DNA of 64,000 nucleotides from a virus: positions 1-64,000 of the IMG/VR virus record IMGVR_UViG_3300024054_000008; one strand, written 5' to 3'. The notes under the pieces are model-generated. The model did not search any database. It was not told the origin of the DNA and worked only from the letters and a program-made list of their open reading frames with translations. Of this stretch, positions 37,804 to 49,000 are shown piece by piece (the first letter of the stretch is position 1; each line of letters starts with the position of its first letter). The position numbers were made by a program, and so were the translations under genes.

Positions 37804-40677
37804 TTAGTTTCCAATCGCCAGTGACGATATTTTACCCTTCCAAATGAAGAACCTTTCTTCATTTGGTGTTAGTTTTCGACCCAATTTGATGCTACATGCG
37901 GCCAGATATGACTGCTGACTTGGGTACAATTTCATTGGTCCAACAGCTAAAACTACTTTATAAAGACTTGATAAAGTAGAATTATCATGACCTAACCTAA
38001 TTCTATCTTCTACCCAAGATAGAAGAACCAAATCACGGCTATGCAAATGATTTGCTTTTATGGCACGCAAACCACCGTAATGAACAATTTTATAATTTTT
38101 CTCTGACCACTCAATCAATTTTTTGTTAGATCCGAATTGCTTTCGAAGCCCGTTTTTGAATTTCAAATATTTGTGATCTGCAGTTGAACCAAGCACCAAA
38201 TTATCATTGTAACCAGTAACACCGACAGGCTGCGTCGGACTTTCGGCATACCCAACATCTTCAGGTTTCGGACCAAATCTTTCTTTGATTCGGTTTGAAA
38301 GAGCCTCAACAATCGTTTCTTGTATGCTGTCTATTAATTTATCAATTTTTTCATCAACGGGAACTTCTTTTGATTCTTCTTTTTCCGGCTTTTCATCGGC
38401 CTTTTCATCAGCTGGCTTGTCAGCTTTATCAAATTCTGTCGGAGCTTCATCAGCTGGCTTATCTTCTGCCGGCTTCTCTTCAGGCTCCTGTGCAATTTTC
38501 ATTGAAGCTGCATGTTTGATACCATCAGGTAAAGGCTGAGACGATCTTACGTCATAAATTTGTTGAGATGCAGCAAATTGTGAATTTGGTACTAAAGTTG
38601 GATTCAAAAGATTGCGTTTAACAGCACCTTTGAAAGCCGGATTTTTAACCCAAGAAGCTTCAATAAATTGATTGCTCTTTGGTACAGAAACGTGACCAAT
38701 TAATTCAGAAATTTGATTCTCTGCGCCAGTATCATCAATAAATTTGTTACCTTTTCCTTCGTATAAAATGCAGGAGCAAAGATTACTATCGTCTGCAGCA
38801 ACATTCCCACACTTTGTACAAATGGTAAAAAGTGATATACAATTAGATACACCAATACCGTTTACGACATATGAATGATCATTATCAACTTGCATATCGT
38901 AAACAAACCCACGGTACTCAGTTTTATCGATTTTCTTTATACGCGAGAATAAATAACCACCAGCAATCCATCGATCTGAATTTCCTGATTTATATTGAAT
39001 TTCTGATTTATTTTTTTGGATTTTTACAGATGGAATTTTTACTGATCCGTCATTTCTAATTCTGATTTGATAATCAATACCGCTTGCATTTGGAAGTAAT
39101 TTAGTACCTTTTCTACGAATTGATGAGACAGTACTTATTATTCCACATCTAGCAAGTAGTAAGAAATACTGATTAGCTAAATTCCTATTACGAGTTGATA
39201 TGAAAACTTGTTTTGTGCCGTTTTTAGTCGTGCTAACACAACCGTCGGAATCAACAACTCCAGATAAAAATGCCAATTGATGATCAATCGGCCATGACAT
39301 GACATCCTGAGAAATCGATTTCTCAAGAGCCTTACGACCGTGCGTATAAGCGTCAATTAAATTCCGAACTGCATGACTAGAAGAAACAAGGTAATAAGCG
39401 TTCTTTCTTTGTTGGCAGGATACAGCTTTTGGTTCCTTGCGCGGATCTGATAAAAATGCTGTGCCTTTTTCTTTATAAGAATTTACCCAATTATAACCAG
39501 TTCTACGACTAACACCAGCACGTTTGCATAAACTGGCGAATGATTTATCATTCTCAGACCAAGCTGAAATGAATTGCGACCTACTAAAAAATTCACCATT
39601 TGCTACAACACGAGTTTCTTTAGACTTCCAAGAAATACGATCAATAATTGATGACATTTCCTTAGCTATGTCAGGATAGCTAACATCACAACATAAACCA
39701 ACCCCAATTGAAGAATCATGTTTATTTTCCCATTTCCAACCGTCACCAATCCAATAACCTAATAATCTAGCTTCTTCAAGTGTAACAGCAGGTTTGATGG
39801 TGTTGGTCGGGATTGGTGTAGCAATAATATCATTGATTTGAATCTTGTCAGCGTTTAATTTTTCAAAGTTATATGTAGTTTGTACAAATTTGTTGTTCTT
39901 ATAAATAACACTATCACGCGGAACAACATAAAAATCATGGTTGCTTGTAGCATTAACAACAGGAAGACCAACGGCTTTGATTTTATAAATCGACCAACGA
40001 TTTTCTCTGATTTGTAAATTGTTTACCCGACACACATTACCTTTTTGAGAAAGGACTTCCATATCAGGTCTGATATCTTCAATCGGTAGGACAGAACCGT
40101 CTCCTAAAGTAACCAAAGACCCTGGAACAAAACAGCCCATCGATTGAGCTGTTATTTCTTCAGATAAAATATCGTCAATTAATTTAGTGTGTTTTCTATC
40201 AGTTGCACAAAGAATGTCAATATAAACTGAATTGCCAACATCTCTTGCTATTGCATCAACAATGAATCCTTTTGACAACTCAGGGATCTGTATGTGCTCT
40301 AAATAAACGTTGGCACCTACAAAAGTTTTGTATGTTGCTAACAATAACGGACGCGCCCATCCGTCCATATTATTGTTCACGATGTTCAAACATTCAGGTT
40401 TAATTCTATAATCTGGATGTCTAACGTCAATCTCCATTCCTCTAACAAGTTGTTTGCCAAGTTTAACATTTTTAGGTTCATAAGTATCAACGGACGCAAC
40501 GATTGTGCTGTGTGATAATAAATATTGATTCGGGTTACATTTTCTCAATAAAGTCTTTGCAACTCTATTAGTATGATCTGACACTCCCTCATTGGGTCTG
40601 CGTAATTCCTCAACCCACTGGTCGTACTTTATATTTGGATTACATACCAAACTACTGGATGTTTTTCTAAACGCCAT
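37804..40677 (-). CDS. Prohead (capsid maturation) protease, intein-containing (~526 aa after splicing)
   Basis: Extein motifs VYLEH, QSMG|C, TICTKCGN and FIEASWVKNPAF (cf. S-I-G and E-x-S-x-V-x-x-P-A of HK97-type proteases); synteny upstream of scaffold and MCP. Confidence 0.75.
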   Translation of the reverse strand: MAFRKTSSSLVCNPNIKYDQWVEELRRPNEGVSDHTNRVAKTLLRKCNPNQYLLSHSTIVASVDTYEPKNVKLGKQLVRGMEIDVRHPDYRIKPECLNIVNNNMDGWARPLLLATYKTFVGANVYLEHIQIPELSKGFIVDAIARDVGNSVYIDILCATDRKHTKLIDDILSEEITAQSMGCFVPGSLVTLGDGSVLPIEDIRPDMEVLSQKGNVCRVNNLQIRENRWSIYKIKAVGLPVVNATSNHDFYVVPRDSVIYKNNKFVQTTYNFEKLNADKIQINDIIATPIPTNTIKPAVTLEEARLLGYWIGDGWKWENKHDSSIGVGLCCDVSYPDIAKEMSSIIDRISWKSKETRVVANGEFFSRSQFISAWSENDKSFASLCKRAGVSRRTGYNWVNSYKEKGTAFLSDPRKEPKAVSCQQRKNAYYLVSSSHAVRNLIDAYTHGRKALEKSISQDVMSWPIDHQLAFLSGVVDSDGCVSTTKNGTKQVFISTRNRNLANQYFLLLARCGIISTVSSIRRKGTKLLPNASGIDYQIRIRNDGSVKIPSVKIQKNKSEIQYKSGNSDRWIAGGYLFSRIKKIDKTEYRGFVYDMQVDNDHSYVVNGIGVSNCISLFTICTKCGNVAADDSNLCSCILYEGKGNKFIDDTGAENQISELIGHVSVPKSNQFIEASWVKNPAFKGAVKRNLLNPTLVPNSQFAASQQIYDVRSSQPLPDGIKHAASMKIAQEPEEKPAEDKPADEAPTEFDKADKPADEKADEKPEKEESKEVPVDEKIDKLIDSIQETIVEALSNRIKERFGPKPEDVGYAESPTQPVGVTGYNDNLVLGSTADHKYLKFKNGLRKQFGSNKKLIEWSEKNYKIVHYGGLRAIKANHLHSRDLVLLSWVEDRIRLGHDNSTLSSLYKVVLAVGPMKLYPSQQSYLAACSIKLGRKLTPNEERFFIWKGKISSLAIGN
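38842..40134 (-). mobile_element. Intein (431 aa) with LAGLIDADG endonuclease in the prohead protease
   Basis: Starts CFVPGSLVTLGDG, block B ATSNHDFYV, blocks C/E LLGYWIGDG / FLSGVVDSDG, ends VYDMQVDNDHSYVVNGIGVSN with +1 Cys. Confidence 0.92.
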
Positions 40678-40714
40678 AGTCTAAATTGACTTAATAATAA
40701 AGACCTGAAATAAA

Positions 40715-41458
40715 TCACTCAACAACTAAATCAGATGGTTTTATGCAAAATCCACATGCCTTACATTGTAATAACCTAGCTCCATGTTTATATGTTCTGG
40801 GCTTCAAAAAAGTTTTGCATCTTGGACATGATAATTTTCCACTTGATCTTTCACGCTTTGTAACTTTATACTTTCTGTTACCATCTTTCCAATAAAGCGC
40901 AATCCTTCTTCCAAGTTCATATAAATTTGATATCGTTATCCTTATAGCTTCTGACCCATGTTGATCTGAAAATAATGAACTCAAACGACGAAATGCGTCT
41001 ATTTCAGTTTCACCTGTATGCCATGCTTTGCAGGCTTGCCTCCAAACCGGCATAGTCCGTTTTTCATATCTACGAACAGCACGTTCTAAAATAGTTTCAG
41101 ACGATGCCGATTTTAATAATTTCTTTCTCCATTTTTCATCAAGTTTCAAAGTTTCTTCGTCATTGGTATGACGACTCTGGTCCAGTGATGAATAACTTTG
41201 ATCAACCCAAAGCATTGGTAATTTATCAGTCCTATCAGGATGGACTTTTACAAGCTCAGTCGGGGTCTCTTCTTCAATACCCCACGGCCACTGGACCTTG
41301 ACTCGACCAGTATCAGGATTAGATACAATAACACGGCCCAAATATGGAGTGAGGAAGAAATCGTGCAACCCGCCACGTTGCACCATATCCCCAGAATTAA
41401 ATTCCAAGGCCATTAGCTGATTATCTATATACGCAATTCTTTTATTATGTTCAGACAT
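40715..41458 (-). CDS. Hypothetical protein with C-terminal zinc ribbon
   Basis: CPRCK...LQCKACG at the C-terminus; located in the head module. Confidence 0.6.
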   Translation of the reverse strand: MSEHNKRIAYIDNQLMALEFNSGDMVQRGGLHDFFLTPYLGRVIVSNPDTGRVKVQWPWGIEEETPTELVKVHPDRTDKLPMLWVDQSYSSLDQSRHTNDEETLKLDEKWRKKLLKSASSETILERAVRRYEKRTMPVWRQACKAWHTGETEIDAFRRLSSLFSDQHGSEAIRITISNLYELGRRIALYWKDGNRKYKVTKRERSSGKLSCPRCKTFLKPRTYKHGARLLQCKACGFCIKPSDLVVE

Positions 41459-41484
41459 GGCTTAAATCAATTTCCATAATCTAT

Positions 41485-43008
41485 TTAAGATTTATATATC
41501 CAAAGTTTCTTACCAAGATCCCAAATTTTTCTACCATTTTGTTCATCAAATTTCAGTCTTTTCTGACCATTCACGACCCAATAGACAGGTTCAATGTTAT
41601 TAGCAAATTTAAATCCTAATTTTTGAAAAATTGACCCATCATCAATTCTGTTATCAGAATATGCATACACAAATTTTGGACAATAACTAATAACAAATTG
41701 ACTCAGAATTTTCTCTAAACCACCACAAACTTCGAATTTATTGTTAGTTGATATGGAAAGACACCAAGAATTTTGTTCTATATCAAACTCATAGAACGAA
41801 ACACACATGACTAACAAATTATTATAATAAATGCCATAATTTACATCAGTCCCATTGGTTTTGTCATAACAAAATTCTTTATAAAAAGAATTTGCCGTAT
41901 CCTTTGAAATCAAATTTATATGGTAATTATGTATCAGTTGTTCGATGTGTAATTTACCAATGATCAAATTTTTTATTTGTTTATGTTTACCAACCCATTC
42001 ATCCTCAAAAATCATTAGGTAATTAAATCCGCTTGATTTGGCCATTTCATATTTAGCAAGATCATATTTTTTAGAATTTGTTTGTGAATGCCATCGAAGT
42101 CCATTATATTCGATAAGTAAATTGTTAACCGGAACGAAAATATCGTATGTAAAATTATTAATCTTATATTCAAGCACTGGATCAACATCAAAAGAATTAA
42201 TAAAATTGAACAAGGATTGTTGTTGCCCAGAAATTTTATTATAAGAACACCCACATGTTATTGAAATTCCACGACGAATATCATTCCATCTTGGTTTATA
42301 CTTAGAATTGCAAGCATTACATACGGCCAGAAATGGCCTCATAGTTGATTTGATAGGTTCAAGAACTTCAATAAATTCTTTTATATCATCAGGAAAAATT
42401 GGAAATTTCAACGAATGTATTAATTTTTTGTTTATTTCGTATTTTTTCCATGCATTTTGATAACACTTACCACAAGTTTTTGTATCGCCACGTGTAACAC
42501 TCGAAACTGTAATACATTTTTTACCACCACAGCTACACAGCCAATTTACTTTTGAATGTGAATTTTTATGTATATCAATCGGGTTTTCTATACGAAGACG
42601 TCCGAAAGTAATAGATGATAAATAATCTTTGGACAAGACATGACACTTACCACAAGTTTTCTGGCGTTTAGAAGTAACATTTATGATATTTGCAAAAGTA
42701 TGATCACCGCAATCACAGTCCCATTTTATTTTCTTATTTGATTTAAGATGATAATCGGATGGTTCAGACATCCGAAGTGATCCAAATTTAGTTTGCTCCC
42801 AAAACAGTTTTGGGAGCACATTGCATTCACCGCAAGTTTTCTGACCACCAACTACTCTATAAACTTTTATATATTTTTCTTTGCCACAATCACAAACCCA
42901 AATTACCCCTTTATTCGATCCAGAATGAATCGGGATCGGGGTTTTCATCCTTAATGACCCAAATTTTCTTTCCCAAAACTGGGCGGGTTTCAAATTTCTA
43001 TTTATCAA
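41485..43008 (-). CDS. Free-standing endonuclease, paralog of 4264..6057 (Cys repeats + Vsr/DUF559-like + degenerate GNAT-like domain)
   Basis: Three FG.LR...W.C.CG...TCG.C repeats; YDIFVPVNNLLIEYNGLRWH...IFEDEW; YSDNRIDDGSIFQKLGF. Confidence 0.75.
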   Translation of the reverse strand: MINRNLKPAQFWERKFGSLRMKTPIPIHSGSNKGVIWVCDCGKEKYIKVYRVVGGQKTCGECNVLPKLFWEQTKFGSLRMSEPSDYHLKSNKKIKWDCDCGDHTFANIINVTSKRQKTCGKCHVLSKDYLSSITFGRLRIENPIDIHKNSHSKVNWLCSCGGKKCITVSSVTRGDTKTCGKCYQNAWKKYEINKKLIHSLKFPIFPDDIKEFIEVLEPIKSTMRPFLAVCNACNSKYKPRWNDIRRGISITCGCSYNKISGQQQSLFNFINSFDVDPVLEYKINNFTYDIFVPVNNLLIEYNGLRWHSQTNSKKYDLAKYEMAKSSGFNYLMIFEDEWVGKHKQIKNLIIGKLHIEQLIHNYHINLISKDTANSFYKEFCYDKTNGTDVNYGIYYNNLLVMCVSFYEFDIEQNSWCLSISTNNKFEVCGGLEKILSQFVISYCPKFVYAYSDNRIDDGSIFQKLGFKFANNIEPVYWVVNGQKRLKFDEQNGRKIWDLGKKLWIYKS

Positions 43009-43520
43009 CCCCAGGCTGTGCTCTTACCAGCCGGACCTTTTGACCAAGACGGCTGTTTCTTTGTGCCGCTAGACCATTCACTTTCTTCACGAACCGTATA
43101 TTCATCACGCTCAGTAACCTGAGAAGTATCATCAGAATCGTAAGTCGGAACTCCCTTGCCGTGGAAAGTCGGACCGGTGTGGTGCATATAAGGTTCGTCA
43201 GATTCGCCCTCAATAACTTTCTGCGGATTTTCAAAAGTTTTCATGTAGGATTCATCAGAATCCTGTTCAATAACTTTAGCCTGACGTTTTCTAAACGATT
43301 CTTCACCAAAAACTTCGGCTTCAAGTTTATCGGAGAACGAATCTATATTCTTAATAATTGAAGCTGTAACCTCAGTTTTTGGAAGCTTTTTTTCCTCAAC
43401 TAGAGCTTCAATATTGCTAGCAATATTCTCCAAAGTCGAGAGTACGTGACTGGCAACCCGCTTGTCCATATTCATAATCTCCGTTCTTTTCGGATAGAGC
43501 ATAGAAGCCCCAACATTCAA
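43005..43520 (-). CDS. Small acidic head-region protein
   Basis: 171-aa ORF (true start may be the later MDKRVAS); contains RVAS and NIAS motifs. Confidence 0.55.
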   Translation of the reverse strand: MNVGASMLYPKRTEIMNMDKRVASHVLSTLENIASNIEALVEEKKLPKTEVTASIIKNIDSFSDKLEAEVFGEESFRKRQAKVIEQDSDESYMKTFENPQKVIEGESDEPYMHHTGPTFHGKGVPTYDSDDTSQVTERDEYTVREESEWSSGTKKQPSWSKGPAGKSTAWG

Positions 43521-43536
43521 ATCATTTCTTGACTAC

Positions 43537-46068
43537 TCACCAATTCATATCATCCTTAGTAATTGATGCTTTTTTTACTTTAGGTGGCTTTATTTTTGGT
43601 TTTGATTTCTCTGGTTTTTTCTCAACTTCTTTTTCTTTTTTCACTGGTGGTACCGGCTTATCTTTTTTTACTTTTTTAGAAGTCTTCTTCGGCTTCTTTT
43701 TGGAAGCAACGAACAATAACGGAAGCAACGCAGTTTTAACATGTTCATTCTTACTAGCTACACGAGCAAGAACGTTGGCGTTTACATACGTGTTAGATGC
43801 CATCTTGTTAACAATTATTTCAATTGTGTCCAAATGTTTAGAAGAGGCCCAATGGTTTTCAGCTCTTAAAGCAATAAGAGCATCATTAATTTGCTGAACA
43901 AACAAATCTGCATACATAGAGGCGGTTTTCTTTTTAATCATATCGCCCATCTCTTGGAAAGCCTCAACAAAGGCATCAACATCAAGATCCTTCAGAGCTT
44001 TATCAAACTCATCAGAAATTTTCTTAGCGTCAGTGAAAACTTCTTTTAATTCATCAACACTAAGATCAGCTAAAGATTTTGTCTCTAAAATTTCCAAACC
44101 ACCAGTCATGGTTTGCGAAGTTTGGGCCCCACCGCCACCTTCAACAGTCATAGGCATTGGAGGAACAGCCTCCATATCAGTCTTCATTGGGTCACTGGCT
44201 TTATCAGTAACAGAAGCTAATCTAGATGAAATTTTTTTAATGGTCTTTCCCATCTCTTGGAAAGCCTCAACAAACGCCTCTATATCCTCATTATCTAAAG
44301 CTTTTTTAAGCTCCTGCTGACGCTTTTCAAGTTCCTTTGTATCTAACTCAGGGTTATCTTGAGCTATTCGCATAGAATCACTTTGAGCCATTATACTACG
44401 TAAACTTTGAATTAATTTTATTGACTCAGCTGGATTTGAATGTTGCAAATCACTAGCTAACCTAAGGATATTACCTATACTTTCGCGCTTTGTCATTGAC
44501 GCCTTCTTGCTTTTATTTGAGTGCATGGTCTCAGTAAACAAATCTATGTCATCACCTGATAAACGATTCAGAAGCATGTTATAGGTTTCAACGTCTATTT
44601 TATTTTGATACAAATTATCATCAGCCAAATGTATAGCGACATCTAACGCTGCTCTAATTGGCGCGTCAGGCGACCCACTACCCCATCCGTTTTTGAACCA
44701 ATTTTCTTTCAATAAATCTTTTGCAAATGATAGTATTGATTTGTAATTATCAGATGTTAAATATCTCTTATCTAGAGATTTCCATCCGGTATTTGTTGGT
44801 CCACTTGGGTGGCCTTGCTGGATATGACCATGAAATGTCGCAGTCTTATTCATATATTTATGTGTACATTGCTTATTAGAGGCTGCTCGTTTAAATCCCT
44901 TAAATATTGCGGATAATTCGGATGGTATATTATCATATTTATTTTTCATAGAACTTTCAAATTCATCCATCAATTCATTTAATTCGAATGAATAAGGTTT
45001 ATTCTTACTTTCAATCATGTTTTCAATGCCCCTTAGGGCAGAATCATACCCCTTAGCAAATGTCCATTTCTCACCAGGCTTAATTTCACCAAGTTGCTCA
45101 ACAGATTTTTCCCAAACGTCCATAAAAATTTCTATTTCTTTAAGCTTAGTCAATTCTTTGTAAGTTCGATCAACTGCATCATTTATAGCAGTTGCAATTT
45201 TATTAAAACTTGGTTCATGTGGCATTTTTTCAAGAATGTCATGAATTACAACTAACGCAGCATGTTTAGTAGCAGTTCTGTTATCGATTCTAGATAATGA
45301 TTTCTTACCCATTCCATCTAAAATCTTCTTTAAAAATTTCCTCTCTTCTATTTCCTCAGTTGGTTTTGATTCAAGAACTAATGACAAATATTCAGGCAAT
45401 CCTTTTAGATTTGAAAATTTGTTTTTAGCGCCGTCAACAGCGCGTAAAATAGCTGATTTTTTGCCCCAATTTCCACCACCAAGTGGCCATATAGATTTAA
45501 TTATCCCATAAATTTCTTCAGCGTCCTTAGCAGACACAAGTTTAGTCTCTGTGTCTTTTACAACTTTATCGCTATTTTCATTTACTTCAGAATTAATTTT
45601 TGATTGTGATAGATTATTTTCTTTAGCGTATTTAACAAAATCGTCGCGCAAAATTTTATTAAACTTGTCTATGTCTTTTGGAAATACAATTTCTGGTTTT
45701 TTTGTCTGTTTTTCTTTTGGCTCTTCGGATTTTGGACCAGACTTTGGAAATCCTTTCATTTTTTCTAATTTTTCAAGCATAAGCTCTCTTTGGCTTTTTA
45801 CCTCCTTAGGTTTTTCAGGACTTTCTTGTGCTAAGAAGACACGAAGAGCAATATCAGCTAAAGTTGACCCACCAATATTCTTGTAATTCATTGATAAATC
45901 AGGATCTGATTTTTTTAAATCAGCATCATCAGTCTTCATTCGCTGTCTTCTATTATCTCTTTTTGGCCCTTTTTTAGGTTTATATTTCCTGCTACGTGGA
46001 GGCTTGCCCCTTTCCAAGAGCCGCTCAACTTCACGCTCTTCTTTTTTAGAAGGAGACAACTCAGGCAT
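43537..46068 (-). CDS. Large head-region protein (843 aa), function unknown
   Basis: Directly downstream of the portal; basic termini; internal repeat AFVEAFQEMG (26-nt identical DNA at 43946-43971 and 44249-44274). Confidence 0.6.
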   Translation of the reverse strand: MPELSPSKKEEREVERLLERGKPPRSRKYKPKKGPKRDNRRQRMKTDDADLKKSDPDLSMNYKNIGGSTLADIALRVFLAQESPEKPKEVKSQRELMLEKLEKMKGFPKSGPKSEEPKEKQTKKPEIVFPKDIDKFNKILRDDFVKYAKENNLSQSKINSEVNENSDKVVKDTETKLVSAKDAEEIYGIIKSIWPLGGGNWGKKSAILRAVDGAKNKFSNLKGLPEYLSLVLESKPTEEIEERKFLKKILDGMGKKSLSRIDNRTATKHAALVVIHDILEKMPHEPSFNKIATAINDAVDRTYKELTKLKEIEIFMDVWEKSVEQLGEIKPGEKWTFAKGYDSALRGIENMIESKNKPYSFELNELMDEFESSMKNKYDNIPSELSAIFKGFKRAASNKQCTHKYMNKTATFHGHIQQGHPSGPTNTGWKSLDKRYLTSDNYKSILSFAKDLLKENWFKNGWGSGSPDAPIRAALDVAIHLADDNLYQNKIDVETYNMLLNRLSGDDIDLFTETMHSNKSKKASMTKRESIGNILRLASDLQHSNPAESIKLIQSLRSIMAQSDSMRIAQDNPELDTKELEKRQQELKKALDNEDIEAFVEAFQEMGKTIKKISSRLASVTDKASDPMKTDMEAVPPMPMTVEGGGGAQTSQTMTGGLEILETKSLADLSVDELKEVFTDAKKISDEFDKALKDLDVDAFVEAFQEMGDMIKKKTASMYADLFVQQINDALIALRAENHWASSKHLDTIEIIVNKMASNTYVNANVLARVASKNEHVKTALLPLLFVASKKKPKKTSKKVKKDKPVPPVKKEKEVEKKPEKSKPKIKPPKVKKASITKDDMNW

Positions 46069-46097
46069 TTACATAAACTCTATAAAATAAATTTAAA

Positions 46098-49000
46098 TTA
46101 TTCTCCGAACCTATCACCACCATCTTTACCAGTCTTAGTAAGACCCATATTCTTAATTAAACGATCGACAACATCAGTCTTCTCAACTATAGAGGTTGCA
46201 GCTTCTTCGAGAATCTTCCTTATAACCTCATTGAAAACAGCATCCTTCGGTGTGAACATATCTGATTTCAATCTAGCATGCACATCATCAGTGTCTATGT
46301 TAATCAACTCAAGTATGTAATCAATCGGCAATGAACCCTTCTGGTATAGATTAAACATGAAATCTTGAAGTTCCGTGTTGTCACGCAGTGCTAGCCTGGT
46401 AAACTGAAGTTTTGGAAACAATAAAATTCTGTTGCCGAATTCGTCTGTCTCATAGAATCCTTTTTTATGGGCAACTGGAGCAAACAAATATTGTTCAACA
46501 TACTCAGCTAAACTTTCTCTGTATAACAAATACATAGTATTCATAACATCAAGATGAATCCGCTCACCAGCATATGTAGATTCACCAGTCAACATTGGCT
46601 CTGTAACTCTGAGACCAATAAATAATCGTTTATTTGTTATTTCATACTCAGAACTCAAATCCAGCAAACGATCGCGCGATCCAATTTCATCCCAATGAAC
46701 TTCAAAGTTTGTAACAATTGAAAAGTCAGGATCAATCAAAGCCTGGTCCACTTGATCACGTAAATCATCAGTATCAATAGTGCTCATTTTATCAGCCCAA
46801 ACAACACGCTTTGGGGTCATAGCACGAGATGCGATGCTGGTCTGTGCTTGTCGAAGTTTATCTGAGAAAATAAGGTCGTGTAGACAGTTTTTAGTTAGTG
46901 AAAAACCAGCAAAGAATGTGTGGTCAACCTCAACATTCAAGCTAAAAACATCCCCAGAGAAACGGTCTGACAATACTTCTTTTACTTTATAATATGTGTT
47001 ACCACACCAGTTCTTCGATTTTATATCCAAAGAAATGACGCATGGCGGGTCAACATTAAATTTAGACAATTTTGGTGTAAATCCAGATGATTTTATTGAT
47101 GCAACATCATTTCTAATTGAAAAATTCAACGTGTGTAATGGTTTTGGATTTTTACAATATGTGCCATTTGCTTGACGAACTGGTTTAGTTTTTGTTCTTA
47201 TTTTATAACTTGGTGATAGACCAAGCCCGGTGCACATTATGAATAATTGTTGTACCAAATTTTTGGTTGTTACAGATATATTTATGGTATTACTATTGTA
47301 CTTCCCTTTTGATACAGAGCCATCTGAATCAATTAACCCCCTAAGTATGCCAAATTTGAATGATTCAGGAGTCTCATTTATCCATTCTGGCAAACATTTA
47401 TCATTTTTATTATGTCCAAAACTTCTACCGATCCAACGGCTAAACCAGTCATCATGGAAATGCATCCACCCAAGTTCATAGTTGTGACAAGAAATGTTAA
47501 GACCTAAATTTTCTGCTATGTTAAAAATATGTTCAGCTGATTTTTGACTATTTTCAGAATCTTGTTGCCAACATATTCCGCTAGGACCATATTTAGTAGC
47601 AGATGGCTTACTTGTTTCTGTCCAACCATCGCCCAAATAATATCCAACCAAATATCCAAGATCACCATTCAGGTCTAACCATCTTGGGCAGATTTTGTTA
47701 ACACGGATTTCATATAAAATAGAAGGATCAACATGGGCAGGCCTAAACAATCTAGCTATTGGTTTGTATTTAAGATCTGATTTTATGCAAGGGATTGCAT
47801 ACCCAAGACTTTCAAGATCGCTTATAATGGATTTGTATACAGAGTCATCTGATAAATCAAATTTGCTTATAAATGCTGATGAGGTTATCTCAATTGGAGC
47901 TTCAAGATTCTTTATCCAATCACATATTTCATACAATCTTTCTTTACGAGATATTCGTTGTGGATTTTTATCGTTAAACAAATAGTGCAAAACTAAAGTA
48001 TCATCGCCAGATTCTTCAACATTAATAAATAACGGTAAATCAATCTGAGAACGACGACAACGGAATACCCATTCTTCTTCCTGGAAAAAAGTAAACAAAT
48101 CAAACTTGTTTAATAACTTTTCGGATTTAACAGAAACAACCTTTAAATAATCTCCGGGCATAACATCAATTGCTTCTGTGTCAATTAATTCATCTTGACG
48201 CAAAATTTGTAATTTATGGTCTGATGTAGACCAAATTGTACTTGGAAGTTTATGAACGTTAAGACCAGTTATTTTCCCATCGTATGAACGCTGGCCGCAT
48301 TGAAATTTCCTCCAATGTCCAGATCCGCCAAGCACTTCATCCGTTTCCGGATTAAGTTTTTCTATTGGAACCTGCAAAATTTGACCGTTTCTGCGCGCCG
48401 TGACCTCGGTCCCTGGTAGATGACATCTTTCTATTAAAGAAACACCACGATCATCATATGCTGACTTTTTATGCGCTAAGTGATAAACAAAAGATGAGCA
48501 TAAATAATCATCATATGGACTTGTATTAAGTGGTATTGGTTTGCCAGATTCAAGATTTTCGCGTATCTGTTCTGGTATATCTTCAGCTATTCTGACAGCG
48601 TCTTCGTCACCATCTTGCATAGCCTTCATAACGACAAGTCTATCTTTATCAGACGGAATTAAATCAATTTTAACTTTGTCTGTGTATTGAAAAACTTCGA
48701 GTCTGATTTGTTCTGGTGGTAAAATCCTAAGTCTTTGCCATCCTTGGTAATTTTTTATAACGTATTCTTTTATTGTTGCTATTTGTTCTTCAGCTGATTT
48801 TTCAACATATGTTTTTTCTTTGCGAGTTTGTAGAATGCCTTGCTCATCAATTTCACCAATCTCTTCTTCAACTTCATTTAATAATAATTCATCTGGTATT
48901 TCAATATCATGATCTTCAGCAAATATATAACAGTTATGAGTTGATATGAAACCAGCTTGATAGGTATGATCATCTTCAACTTCAAAATTATATACAATAT

